NCBI GenBank assembly: GCA_965227775.1
Contig: OZ245777.1
Coordinates: forward strand, 1,088,001-1,152,000
From: Phycisphaerales bacterium
GTDB lineage: Bacteria; Planctomycetota; Phycisphaerae; Phycisphaerales; UBA1924
Direction of reading: 5' to 3'
Length of the DNA stretch: 64,000 nt
Shown here: piece by piece, positions 37,822-47,301 of the stretch
Layout of the letters: each line of letters starts with the position of its first letter
How positions within the stretch are numbered: the first letter of the stretch is position 1
Notes under the pieces: generated by a model
Databases searched by the model: none
What the model was told of the DNA's origin: nothing
The model's input: the letters and a program-made list of their open reading frames with translations, nothing else
Translations under genes and position numbers: made by a program

Positions 37822-39438
37822 CTACTCGATCTTCGATCGAAGCATGTAGTCGTTGGGCTGCAGCTCGTCATCAATACCGAAAAGCGGGACGCCGATCATG
37901 GTGTCGCCCTTCTGGTGATCTTTCCAGACGTTGATCGGGCGGTCGATCGCCAGCTCTGGATTGTCCTTGTCAGCCACGAGTAGGCGGACCTGCAGCTTCG
38001 AGCGGTCAGAGAAGTACCACGTACCGTTGCTGTAGGTCCATTTGGTCTCGCGGGCCCATGCCTGGGCGGGAATACGGACCCTGAGCAACTCGAACTCTGC
38101 TTGCTGCACCTTCCAGCCGCTGATGGCGACCTTGATGGCGGCGTCCCGATCGGCGCCCTGGAAGTTGTCGCCGGGCATGGTGTTCTCGCGGATGATGAGC
38201 TCGCGGAGCGAGTCGGCTTGCTGCTTCAGGTCGGCCTGCGTCGCGTCGTATTGCTGGCGGATTGCGGCGCCTGCAGTCTGGTCGAGCGCCGTCAGCAGCG
38301 TGATCTTCTCGTCCGCAAAGCCCATGACCTGCGGGATACCGCCGGTAAACCACCGGGGTTTCTGCTCGGCGACGGCCTCTTGGCCGTATCGCCGCGCTGT
38401 GGCGATGTGCTCGCGGATCTGCGCAGGCAGCGCGGCCTTCTGGTTCTCGGCTTCGGCCAGGTATTCGGCGTGGTTCTGCAGGAAGCCGTTGCCAACGCCC
38501 TCGATCTGCTCTCCCTGGGTAGTCCGCTGCTGGATAAGCCGCGCGTACTTGCGTGCGATGCGCAGGCATTCGTCCTTCGCAGCGGGCCCCTGCTCGAAGG
38601 TCTCACCCGCCAGTACGGGCTGGGTCTGGAAGATCTCGGGCCTGGCGAACATGATCGACAGCTCGCGGAGACGCTTGTAGTCGGTGTCGAAGTCGGGATA
38701 ATTCGCAGGATTGATCAGATCTTCGAGTTGCGCGTCGAGTGGGCGGAGGTAATCCTCTGCGGTCACGACCTTGGCTTGGGCGTTCACGAGCCGCTGTCGG
38801 GCTTCGGACACGCCGCGGCCGTCGGCGGGGAGCTGGCCCAACGTGTCGTTGGCAAAGCCCGCCTTGCGCTGCGCATTGGCCACGACCTCGCGCAGGCCAT
38901 TCACATCGCGGAAGTTGATTGACAGCTGGTCATCGATGGCGCGGAGCTTCTCAGTCTGCTCGGTCAGCACTTGGGCGTTGCCCTCGACCTCTCGGATGTG
39001 GAAGGTCGCGTTGCGCAGCAGCTCCTCTTGCCGGTAGTCGAGCTTGGTGCCCGTCTCGGGTTCGGCGGGTGCGTCCGAGCCCGTGAGGAAGGCCCGGAGG
39101 CGGTTGTACTCGTTGGCGGCGGCGGTGTACCGCTCGACCGCCTCGGCACGTCCTTCCGTTCCAGCGGGGATCGTCTCGAGCAACTCCTTGGCCGGGTTGA
39201 TGTCGCCCAGGGCCATCTCGAGCCGCCGCGCGAGAAGCTTGCCGGCTGACCCGCGTGGCGGCGAGGTCCTGCCCTGCACACTCGCGGCGACCGATTCCAG
39301 GTTCGTCTCAGCGCGCTTGAGCAGGCTGTTGACCCGGTCGATGTCGTTGGTGTGGATAGAGGCGGCGGCGAAACTTGTACCAAGGCACAAAGCCATGAGC
39401 ACGCAAAGCAGCCGAACGGGGACGAGCGAATGTGTCAT
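37822..39438 (-). CDS. Secreted helical hypothetical protein
   Basis: AGGAGG RBS, signal peptide (SFAAA), long helical/coiled region and a beta-rich C-terminus. Confidence 0.75.
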   Translation of the reverse strand: MTHSLVPVRLLCVLMALCLGTSFAAASIHTNDIDRVNSLLKRAETNLESVAASVQGRTSPPRGSAGKLLARRLEMALGDINPAKELLETIPAGTEGRAEAVERYTAAANEYNRLRAFLTGSDAPAEPETGTKLDYRQEELLRNATFHIREVEGNAQVLTEQTEKLRAIDDQLSINFRDVNGLREVVANAQRKAGFANDTLGQLPADGRGVSEARQRLVNAQAKVVTAEDYLRPLDAQLEDLINPANYPDFDTDYKRLRELSIMFARPEIFQTQPVLAGETFEQGPAAKDECLRIARKYARLIQQRTTQGEQIEGVGNGFLQNHAEYLAEAENQKAALPAQIREHIATARRYGQEAVAEQKPRWFTGGIPQVMGFADEKITLLTALDQTAGAAIRQQYDATQADLKQQADSLRELIIRENTMPGDNFQGADRDAAIKVAISGWKVQQAEFELLRVRIPAQAWARETKWTYSNGTWYFSDRSKLQVRLLVADKDNPELAIDRPINVWKDHQKGDTMIGVPLFGIDDELQPNDYMLRSKIE

Positions 39439-39545
39439 GTGTTCCTCCTGACGAGGAACCATGGTACGGCCGCGGTCACGCGCAGGGACCATCGATGCTC
39501 TGATTATCAGTCCGTCAGGTTGTGCTACCGCTTCGCGACCAAGCG

Positions 39546-42329
39546 TCAGATCGCGGCGTCATCGTTGACTAGCAGCACGACGCGGGGATTCACGAATTCG
39601 AAGTCGTCCTTGTCGCTGCCGGGCCGGGCGACCGACTCGAGCTCGAGCACGTTGCGGCCAAGCTTCAGCACGCCGGAAGGGATTCGGATGACCTGCTCGC
39701 CGAAGCCGCCGTTGTTGGGCGATTGCGCGAGCGTGGCGATCTGGCGCCCGTTGATGCGGACGGGATTGGGCGCCTGCGTGCCCTTAACCAAGAGCCGTAG
39801 CTCGGCGCCGCGCAGGGGCAGGGCGGCGTGCGCCTCGGTCATCTCGAAGGGCATTTGAAGCACCAACCCCTCGCTGCGACGCTGGAACTGGCTGTTAATG
39901 CGTCCGCTGAATTCGTCGTTGCCCAGGTGGTGCACCTCGGGTTCGTCTTCCATGACGATCACGAACGGATCGATCTTGCGGAGGCGAATGACGAACCGCC
40001 GTCCGGCCCGCAAGTCACGCTGGGCCACATTGACCGCGCCGGGTGTGTAGCCCTCGAGGCTCGCAGTCAGCGCCGCGTTGTCGGGAATCGAGTCGAATCC
40101 AAGCAGGAACGTGCCGTCGTCGGCGGAGGTGTCGGTGAGATCTGCAGTGCCCTCGAGGTCAAGCCGGACCTGCGCGCCCTGGAGCGGTTCTTCGGTCTGG
40201 TCGTCGATGACCATGCCCAGGATCTCGAAGCGGTTGGCGACGGCCTCGGGCAGTCGCAGCTCAGGCGGATCGAACTGGGCTGGCGGCAGGTCGAGCGCGA
40301 GGACCGGGTCGGGTTGCTCGTCGACCGGGGCTGCTTCCGCAACTCGATCCGAGACGTTCGCCCGCTCGACCTCCGGCGTGGCAACGGCGGCGTCGAACTC
40401 GCTCAGCGGCAAAGCCACGTCGCCGGTAAGCGGAGCGGGCACGCTGCGGGCGCGTGCCTCGGCCATCTCCAGGGGCGCATCTCCGAGTTCTTCAACATCC
40501 GCATCGGCACCATCGTCAGCGGGCAATGCGAGCGCGAGCGCCGGAGTCGCAAGCTCGGGCAAATCGAGCGATGTGCCGGACTGGGATGCGAGGTCGGTCT
40601 CCGCGGCCATCGGTTCGGCTTCCGCGACACCTTGGGATGGCGCAAATCGCGCGGCATCGACCACACTGGAGCCTTCGGTATCGACTTGGACAACCTCCGA
40701 CCCGCTCGACGCCTCGACCGTGCGCGCTTGTGGAACCGATCGGCTCTCGGCGAGCGTGGGCGAGCCGATGCCGACCTCGGCCGCCTCTGGAGCTTGGGCG
40801 GGTTGGGCGTCCGGCAACCCGATCGCCGGCGCTGGGGCCTGCAAGTCGGGCAGCGGCTGGGCGCTCGTCTCGCTCGCTTGCGTCGAGCTCGCGACGATGC
40901 GGCTCTCGCGGATGTCGGTAGCCGGCTGAATCGATGATCCTGTTGGCGCTGCTGACTGCTGCGGCTGGAAGGTGATCGACGTATCCGAGGCCGAAGCAAG
41001 CACCGCAGGCATCGCCGGCGCCTTGGTCGAAGCCTGGGACAGTGCCGCGGGCTCTGAGGAGCCACGCAGTTGCTCGGCGGCCGAGGAGCGGATGGCCGAA
41101 GATGAGAGCGCGACCTGTAAACCCTCGGTCTTTCCGGTGGGCTGCCCGGCGGTGGGGGGCACCTGCATCGCAGCGAGAAGCGCCATGAGCCCCGCGTGGA
41201 CGATCAGGCTGACGAGTGCACACTTGGCCATGAGCCCGAGTGTTGCGATGCGAGCCTGCCAATGCGCGTCTTGCACGACACGTCGCAGCAAAGCGAGCGC
41301 GAGCACGAGCGCGAGAGCCAGCAAGATCCACGGAAGCAGCGAGAGCAAGTCACCGCGCGTGGTAGTTCTTGCGAGGTACACCTCACGCGAAACCGCCCGC
41401 ATCAAGCGCGGTCCGGCACCATCGGTGAGCGCGTACTGGATCGCGAATCCTTCGAGCGCCAGCGAAGGATCTCGTTCATCAGCGGTCGTGTTGATCGAGT
41501 TACCGAGCGTGCGCACCTCCCCGTAGGTCCCGCCAGGGTTGATGCGAGCGCGATACAAGTCGGCTCCGCCTATGCCACCCTCGCGATCGGACGCGAAGTA
41601 GACGAAGTCGCCCGCGGGCGTCGTCGCCGGCCCCGTGTCGTCGGCGATGCTGCTGAGCACAAGCAGATGCGTTGCCTGGGCGCTATCGAGCGGGGCCTCG
41701 TAGAGATCGAAGTCGGTGAGGGGGTCTGGCTGGCCTTCGACGTCTCTCGGCCGATTCGACGCGAACAGGAGTGTTTCGCGTCCTTCTCGAAGCAAGGGGT
41801 GCGGGTCGGTCTCGTCGTCGCGGGTGTTGAGCGCGAGCGGCACGGGCTGGCCCCAGCGATCGCCGACGCGCTCGGACATCCATACATCGAGCCCGCCTGC
41901 GCCGCCGGGCCGGTCCGAAGCAAAGTAGAGCCGCTGGCCGTCGGCCGAGAACGACGGCGACAGTTCGTTATCGATCGTGTTCAACTCGACGAGGGCGCGC
42001 GGCTGCGTCCACGCGTCGCCCACGCGGCCGGCCACAAAGAGGTCCGAATCGCCCAGCCCGCTCGTTTGGGTCAGCACGAGCGTGTCGCCATCGGCCGAGA
42101 CGACCGGGTCTCGCCCGGTGATATCCTCGGCCGAAGTCGTCCTGAGGGGAGCCGGCGGTCGCCAGAGGATGTCGCGCACGGGCGCCTCGTGGGCGGCAGC
42201 ACGGATCGAGGCGTCATCGGTGTAGAACGCCCGTCGATCGGCGTCGAACCACCACCACGCGGCGATTACACCGCACGCGAGTGCGCCAAGCGCCAGCACG
42301 GTCAGGATGAAGCGTGAGCGCGACGGCAT
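39546..42329 (-). CDS. Multi-domain membrane protein: PD40/TolB-like propeller, TonB/TolA-like TM (SLIVH), Pro/Ala-rich linker, carboxypeptidase-regulatory-like and beta-sandwich domains
   Basis: Repeats SPSFSADGQRLYFASDRPGG.GG.D and VYFASDREGG; internal TMs; S-x3-H motif at 41196-41210; GMVIDDQTEEPLQGAQV. Confidence 0.8.
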   Translation of the reverse strand: MPSRSRFILTVLALGALACGVIAAWWWFDADRRAFYTDDASIRAAAHEAPVRDILWRPPAPLRTTSAEDITGRDPVVSADGDTLVLTQTSGLGDSDLFVAGRVGDAWTQPRALVELNTIDNELSPSFSADGQRLYFASDRPGGAGGLDVWMSERVGDRWGQPVPLALNTRDDETDPHPLLREGRETLLFASNRPRDVEGQPDPLTDFDLYEAPLDSAQATHLLVLSSIADDTGPATTPAGDFVYFASDREGGIGGADLYRARINPGGTYGEVRTLGNSINTTADERDPSLALEGFAIQYALTDGAGPRLMRAVSREVYLARTTTRGDLLSLLPWILLALALVLALALLRRVVQDAHWQARIATLGLMAKCALVSLIVHAGLMALLAAMQVPPTAGQPTGKTEGLQVALSSSAIRSSAAEQLRGSSEPAALSQASTKAPAMPAVLASASDTSITFQPQQSAAPTGSSIQPATDIRESRIVASSTQASETSAQPLPDLQAPAPAIGLPDAQPAQAPEAAEVGIGSPTLAESRSVPQARTVEASSGSEVVQVDTEGSSVVDAARFAPSQGVAEAEPMAAETDLASQSGTSLDLPELATPALALALPADDGADADVEELGDAPLEMAEARARSVPAPLTGDVALPLSEFDAAVATPEVERANVSDRVAEAAPVDEQPDPVLALDLPPAQFDPPELRLPEAVANRFEILGMVIDDQTEEPLQGAQVRLDLEGTADLTDTSADDGTFLLGFDSIPDNAALTASLEGYTPGAVNVAQRDLRAGRRFVIRLRKIDPFVIVMEDEPEVHHLGNDEFSGRINSQFQRRSEGLVLQMPFEMTEAHAALPLRGAELRLLVKGTQAPNPVRINGRQIATLAQSPNNGGFGEQVIRIPSGVLKLGRNVLELESVARPGSDKDDFEFVNPRVVLLVNDDAAI

Positions 42330-42332
42330 GAC

Positions 42333-42746
42333 CTACCCCAGGGGCACCGTATCGAGGAATGGCTGCTGCACGCCCGCGGCCTTGCAGATATCGAGCACGC
42401 GTGCGATGCGACCGTAGCTGATGTCCCTGTCCCCGCGCACCGAGACCTTTTGCTCGGGATTCATGCGGACGGCGTCCGCGACGAGCGTGCGGAGCTCTTC
42501 GAGTTCCATCGCCTGGCCGCCGACGATGATCTGGCCTTGCGCGTCGATATTGATGATGATCTCGCGGAGCATGGTCGAGATTGGGCCGGCAGCCTCGGCC
42601 TCGGGCAGCGCGATGGCGAGTTCGCGCTCGCTCTGCTGATAGGTCGTCGCGACCAGGAAGAAGATCAGCAGCAGGAACACCATGTCGATGATCGGTGTCA
42701 TCTCGATCGATGGGCCCGCGTCGTCCTGCTTCTTGCCGATGAGCAT
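42333..42746 (-). CDS. exbD: ExbD/TolR biopolymer transport protein
   Basis: MTPIIDMVFLLLIFFLV with the conserved TM Asp; VRGD...YG...VLD. Confidence 0.93.
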   Translation of the reverse strand: MLIGKKQDDAGPSIEMTPIIDMVFLLLIFFLVATTYQQSERELAIALPEAEAAGPISTMLREIIINIDAQGQIIVGGQAMELEELRTLVADAVRMNPEQKVSVRGDRDISYGRIARVLDICKAAGVQQPFLDTVPLG

Positions 42747-42749
42747 GGC

Positions 42750-43490
42750 TCAGGCCTCCGCGCCAACGGCGACGGCTGGCTCGGGCTTGGGTGCGCCGTT
42801 GGAATGGGCGTCCGGGTGGTGGGGCCGGGTCTGCCGCTCCAATACGTATCGCTCGACGAAGTCCACGGCGATGCGATCGAGCTCGCGAGCCAGTCCATCC
42901 ACGCGCGAGACCAGCCAGTGGTAGAAGATGATCGTTGGGATCGCCACGAGCAGGCCCGCGGCGGTCGTGATCATCGCCTCATAGATGCCGCCGGCCAGCA
43001 ACTCTGCCTTGCCCAGGCTCTCGCCCGACATCGCCACCGTCTGGAACGCCCGGATCATGCCGAAGATGGTGCCCGTAAGGCCAAGCAGCGGCGCGATCGC
43101 CGCGATCACCGTGAGCATCCGCAGTCGCTTGCGCAGCAGGTGCAGCTCGTGCTCGCCCTGCGCCGTGAGATGCTTCTCCACGATCTCGGCGCTGTGTCCG
43201 AGCTTGTCGAGGCCAGCAGCGACGACGCGCGCGGCCGGGCTGTCGTGCTTCTTGCACGCCTCGCGTGCTTGGGTGGTTCCGCCAGACTCCATCGCCGCGT
43301 GCAGCTTCTTCTCGAAGCCGGGCGGTACCACACGCGGCCTGCGCAGCACAGCCAGCCTCTCGAGCACGACCGCGACGACGACCAGCGAGCACAGCGTGAT
43401 GGGGATCATCATCACGCCACCCTTGGTCGCCAGCTCGAACACCGACGGTGGCGCGCTCTGGGCGAGCAGCATCTGGCACGCGTGCAACAT
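42750..43490 (-). CDS. exbB: MotA/TolQ/ExbB proton channel protein
   Basis: IAPLLGLTGTIFGMIRAF and GIYEAMITTAAGLLVAIP. Confidence 0.93.
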   Translation of the reverse strand: MLHACQMLLAQSAPPSVFELATKGGVMMIPITLCSLVVVAVVLERLAVLRRPRVVPPGFEKKLHAAMESGGTTQAREACKKHDSPAARVVAAGLDKLGHSAEIVEKHLTAQGEHELHLLRKRLRMLTVIAAIAPLLGLTGTIFGMIRAFQTVAMSGESLGKAELLAGGIYEAMITTAAGLLVAIPTIIFYHWLVSRVDGLARELDRIAVDFVERYVLERQTRPHHPDAHSNGAPKPEPAVAVGAEA

Positions 43491-43493
43491 CGA

Positions 43494-46400
43494 TCAGCCT
43501 CCTCGTCCGTTCGTGCGCCCACCGCCCGGTCCGGCGATGGCATCCAGGCGTTCGCCCGCAGCGACGGCCCAGGTACTCTCCGCGAATCGCTCGCGTACGG
43601 CCCGGTACTGGGCCCGGGCCTCGCCAACCTTGCCCATCGCCTCGAAGCAGCGGCCGGCCTCGTACAGCGCGGCGGCGCTCCACTGTGGTGATGCGTGCAG
43701 GATGTCGACGCGAAGCAGTTCCCGCACGGCGTCCTCGTGCTCGCCCAGCGCGAACAAGCACTCGCCCAGCTGGAATTGTGCACGCGCGGCGGTGTCGCCC
43801 TTGTGCTTGTCGGTGACGAGCCGATAGCGCTCGATGGCCTCGCGATGCTTGCCAGAGTTCTCGAGCGCCCAGCCGATGCCAAACTCGGCCAGGTACCAAC
43901 GTGGCGAGCGGGCGTGCTCGCGTCGATGCTGCTCGTAGGCTCGCTGGCTATTGCGCCAGTCTTGCGCGGCGGCGTGTGCCTCACCCAGGCGGAGCAGCGC
44001 TGCTTCGGCATCGACCTCACTGCTCTGCGCGGCCAAGGCAGCCGAGAACTGCTCGGCAGCCTCGCGACCGCGCTTGAGTACGAGCAGCGACTCACCGAGC
44101 AGGAGCGCGGCCGGGCCCCGGAGGTCCGCCATATCGCGCTCGTCGAGCAACCGAACGACGGCCCGGTGGTCTCCTAGCTGGTACCTCGCCCACGCGGCCC
44201 TGTATGCTGCGATCGCACGAACGTCATTTGGGAGCTCGTCGTTGGCCGTGAGTGGCTCTAGCAGGTCCGCGGCCTGGTCGTATCGCTTTGCGGCGATCCG
44301 CAGGTCGGCAAGGTCGATGGCAGCGTTGGGAGCCGCAGCCGAGGAGCCGCTGGCCAGTTGCTCGAGCAGCGGGGCTGCGCGATCCGCGTTTCCTGCAAGC
44401 CGCAGGCTGGTGGCCAGTGCGAACTGGTACGTCGCAAGATCGGCGGCTGAGAGACCGCGAGGTGCAAAGCCGTCGGCGGCCTCGATCGCAGCTGGGTGCT
44501 GATCTGCACGGCTGAGTGCGATGATGCGCCAGGCGCGTGCGTCGCCCTGGGCGCTCCTGAGCAGCCCGGCGGCGTCCTCTGGGCGATCGGCATTGATGAG
44601 CGCTCGCGCGCGATCGATCGCGATCTCATCGGCGAGTTCCCGGCCTCCGACTTGGGCCGCTTGCGCGTACAGACTTGCCGCCCGTTCGGCATCGCCCTGC
44701 CTCGACGCGATCGCGGCCAGGTGCCGCAGCGCGTAGGGCGTGAATCGCGTGTCGCCGTATCGCTCCAGCAACTGGGAGAATGCTCGTGCTGCCGCCCGAT
44801 CCTCACCCATAGATACGCGGGCTTGCCCAAGCTCGAAGAGCGCGTGCGCCGCGTGCTGGCTGCGCGGCCAGTTTGAGAGCAAAGCGTCGAGCGTGCGCAC
44901 GGCGTCGGCGGTCTCGCCAAGACGCAACTGCGCGAGCGCGATCTTCATCGTTGCGTCATCCGCACTCGCGCCCTCGGTGCCCACCGCGGCGACGTACTCG
45001 CCAAACCTCGCCTGCGCGTCCTGCCATCGATCGGCCGTAAACTCGATCTCGCCGAGGGCAAACAGGGCCGGCACGAAGTCTTCCGGCGTGCGCCGGCCAT
45101 CGGTCACGGCCGCAAGATGCTGTCGTGCGTCGGCCACGCGCCCCAAAACGTGCAGGCTCATCCCCAGGCGGTAGCGTGCCTGTTGCGCAAGCCGCTTGTC
45201 CTCCGCATCGAGCAGACTCTGGAAGCCCAGTGCGGCGGTCTCGAAGTCCGAGGCGCGGTACGCGGCCTCGGCGTGTACGAACTCCACTTGTCCCGCGAGC
45301 GGATGAACCCGATACTCCTGTTGAAACGCTTCGCGGGCCTGCTCTACGACGTCGAGCCGATCGGTCTCGAGCGCCAGCGATGCGCACGCGTAGAGCGCAT
45401 CGGGCTTCATCGGGTGATCTGGGTGCGCGTCGATGAACCAGACAAACTGCTGGAGCGCATCGTCCTCGTCGCCTGCCCGCTGCAGCGCAACGGCGCGGTC
45501 GTACCGCATCTCGGCGACGAGGTCGCTGTCGTTGAATCGCTCAATGGCTTGGCCGAGTCGCTCGGCGGCGTCCTCGAAACGGCCCCGTCGTAGGTCGGCC
45601 TTGGAACGCCAGTACGCGATGTCGTCTGCGAGCGCACGGTCGCCGTGCCGTGCGGCCCTGTCAAACGCTCGCGCGGCCTCGTTGGGCTCGTCGATATCTA
45701 GCAGCGCGAGGCCCAGCTCGTACTGCGCTCGGGCCGGTTGGTGGCGTGGCGATTGATCTGCGAGGGCTCGAAGCAGGTTTGCTGCTTCACCAGAGCGGCC
45801 GTCAGCTCGGTAGATCGATGCGAGCTGGAACATGGCGTCGGGCTTGGTGCGCTCGCCGGTGGAGATCGCGCGTTCGTAGGTGCTGATCGAAGCGTTGGTA
45901 TCGCCAGCGCTCCGCAGCGATGCGGCTTGTTGCAGCAGCGCCAGGTCCGATAGATCATCGCGCCCGCGCCTCGGCACCGCCTTGCCGAACCACTCCGCAG
46001 CGCGAGCGTGCTCTGCTTCGCGCTTGGCAACGGCGGACTGCGACAGGCCGGCGAAGTACGCCGCCCGGCGCGCCGAATCGGTGTTCGCTACGAGGCGGTC
46101 GGCTAAGTTGGGGTATGTCCGCACGGCGTCCCCGTGCCGACCAGCCCGGTGCAGGCTCTCGATGAGCAGGCTCGCGCTGCCGGCCCAGCCGGCGTGGTCG
46201 CGGTGGCGGAGGGCAGCGCTCGCCGCCTCGGCGGCGCGGGCGAAGTCTTTCTGACGGAAGTACAGGTGCGTGCGCAGGACGTCGGCATCGGCCCTGAACT
46301 TGAATCGTGGTCCGGTTTCCAGATCGTTCAACGCGCGGATGGCCTGCGCATCCTCGCCCAGGTTGTATCTGGCAACGGCGAGCCCGTACCGGGCCTGATC

Positions 46401-46580
46401 GCGCGCGGACGCGTCATCGAGCGAGCGGAGGGCTTGGGCATATTCGGAAGCTGCCTCTGCGTGGAGCCCGCGCTGCAGCAAGCCGTTGGCCGTGCGCAGC
46501 GACCGATCGCCATCTTGCCCCATAGCGGCGTGCGAACAAAGGACCACCATCGCGATCGCGAGCAGGTCGCGCATGCGCAC
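43494..46580 (-). CDS. Large periplasmic tetratricopeptide-repeat protein
   Basis: Signal peptide and many TPR-like units (ARYGLA, AQYELG, ALFELG, AQFQLGEC, ALYEAGRC); start may be at 46574. Confidence 0.88.
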   Translation of the reverse strand: MRMRDLLAIAMVVLCSHAAMGQDGDRSLRTANGLLQRGLHAEAASEYAQALRSLDDASARDQARYGLAVARYNLGEDAQAIRALNDLETGPRFKFRADADVLRTHLYFRQKDFARAAEAASAALRHRDHAGWAGSASLLIESLHRAGRHGDAVRTYPNLADRLVANTDSARRAAYFAGLSQSAVAKREAEHARAAEWFGKAVPRRGRDDLSDLALLQQAASLRSAGDTNASISTYERAISTGERTKPDAMFQLASIYRADGRSGEAANLLRALADQSPRHQPARAQYELGLALLDIDEPNEAARAFDRAARHGDRALADDIAYWRSKADLRRGRFEDAAERLGQAIERFNDSDLVAEMRYDRAVALQRAGDEDDALQQFVWFIDAHPDHPMKPDALYACASLALETDRLDVVEQAREAFQQEYRVHPLAGQVEFVHAEAAYRASDFETAALGFQSLLDAEDKRLAQQARYRLGMSLHVLGRVADARQHLAAVTDGRRTPEDFVPALFALGEIEFTADRWQDAQARFGEYVAAVGTEGASADDATMKIALAQLRLGETADAVRTLDALLSNWPRSQHAAHALFELGQARVSMGEDRAAARAFSQLLERYGDTRFTPYALRHLAAIASRQGDAERAASLYAQAAQVGGRELADEIAIDRARALINADRPEDAAGLLRSAQGDARAWRIIALSRADQHPAAIEAADGFAPRGLSAADLATYQFALATSLRLAGNADRAAPLLEQLASGSSAAAPNAAIDLADLRIAAKRYDQAADLLEPLTANDELPNDVRAIAAYRAAWARYQLGDHRAVVRLLDERDMADLRGPAALLLGESLLVLKRGREAAEQFSAALAAQSSEVDAEAALLRLGEAHAAAQDWRNSQRAYEQHRREHARSPRWYLAEFGIGWALENSGKHREAIERYRLVTDKHKGDTAARAQFQLGECLFALGEHEDAVRELLRVDILHASPQWSAAALYEAGRCFEAMGKVGEARAQYRAVRERFAESTWAVAAGERLDAIAGPGGGRTNGRGG

Positions 46581-46799
46581 CCCTCCCGGCCTAGCCGCAC
46601 ACCGTTCTCTCCGCCCAGCGCCTCCCTGTGCCGGGCCCTCTTCTATCTGGAGTCATTGGGAGGCCACCCCTGTCGCGATTCACGAATCGCGCGAGATTTC
46701 CGGCGCGGCATGCTGCCAGACTACGAACCGCTCGCTCAGTACGTATCGCAAGCCCATGGGGCTACGCGTCTTAGGCGAGGGGCGCGCGCACAAAGAAAA

Positions 46800-47231
46800 T
46801 TATGGAAGGTTGGTGGTCGGGTGCTCGAGAACCAACGGCCCACGGCCGCGCTTACGACGCACCCAATTCAGGGGCCGATGTACCCACCTTCGGCGCACGA
46901 GCCACTTCTCGACAGCGTACTTCTTTGGGAAGTCGAGCAGGATGAACCCGGCGAAGATCGTCAGCAGGCCTTGCCCCGGCAGTACCAGCATCGCCAGGCC
47001 CCCGAGGACGAGCACGATACCAAGCAGGTTCTTGCCGATGAGCAGCGTGAGCCTGAATGAGGGAGAACGCGACGCCCAGCGCGATGGCGGGCGCGTGTCG
47101 TGAGAGAAGTAGTTCTCGGGAATCCGGACGATCAACGCCGGCATGATCGCGAGGCTCGCAACAAAGACGGCAACAGAAGCCAGGCCGAGCAGCCAGAACA
47201 ACTGCTGGTTGTCGGTGATCCACGCCGGCAC
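46800..47231 (-). CDS. PGPGW-domain-like small membrane protein
   Basis: KNLLG.VL.LGGLAMLVLPGQGLLTI...LLDFPKK. Confidence 0.8.
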   Translation of the reverse strand: MPAWITDNQQLFWLLGLASVAVFVASLAIMPALIVRIPENYFSHDTRPPSRWASRSPSFRLTLLIGKNLLGIVLVLGGLAMLVLPGQGLLTIFAGFILLDFPKKYAVEKWLVRRRWVHRPLNWVRRKRGRGPLVLEHPTTNLP

Positions 47232-47242
47232 ACCAAGAGAAT

Positions 47243-47276
47243 AGCGGCCGGCTGCGGGGTTCCACGGCCGGCCGCT
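47243..47276. terminator. Hairpin downstream of the dockerin-like gene 47302-48171
   Basis: AGCGGCCGGC...GCCGGCCGCT inverted repeat. Confidence 0.55.
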
Positions 47277-47301
47277 CTCAAGGATTTATTAGGCAGAGTG
47301 C

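Noticed and set aside
46674..46691. Palindrome CGCGATTC-AC-GAATCGCG upstream of the TPR-exbBD operon
   Set aside because: Single GC-rich occurrence with no supporting copy; it could be chance.
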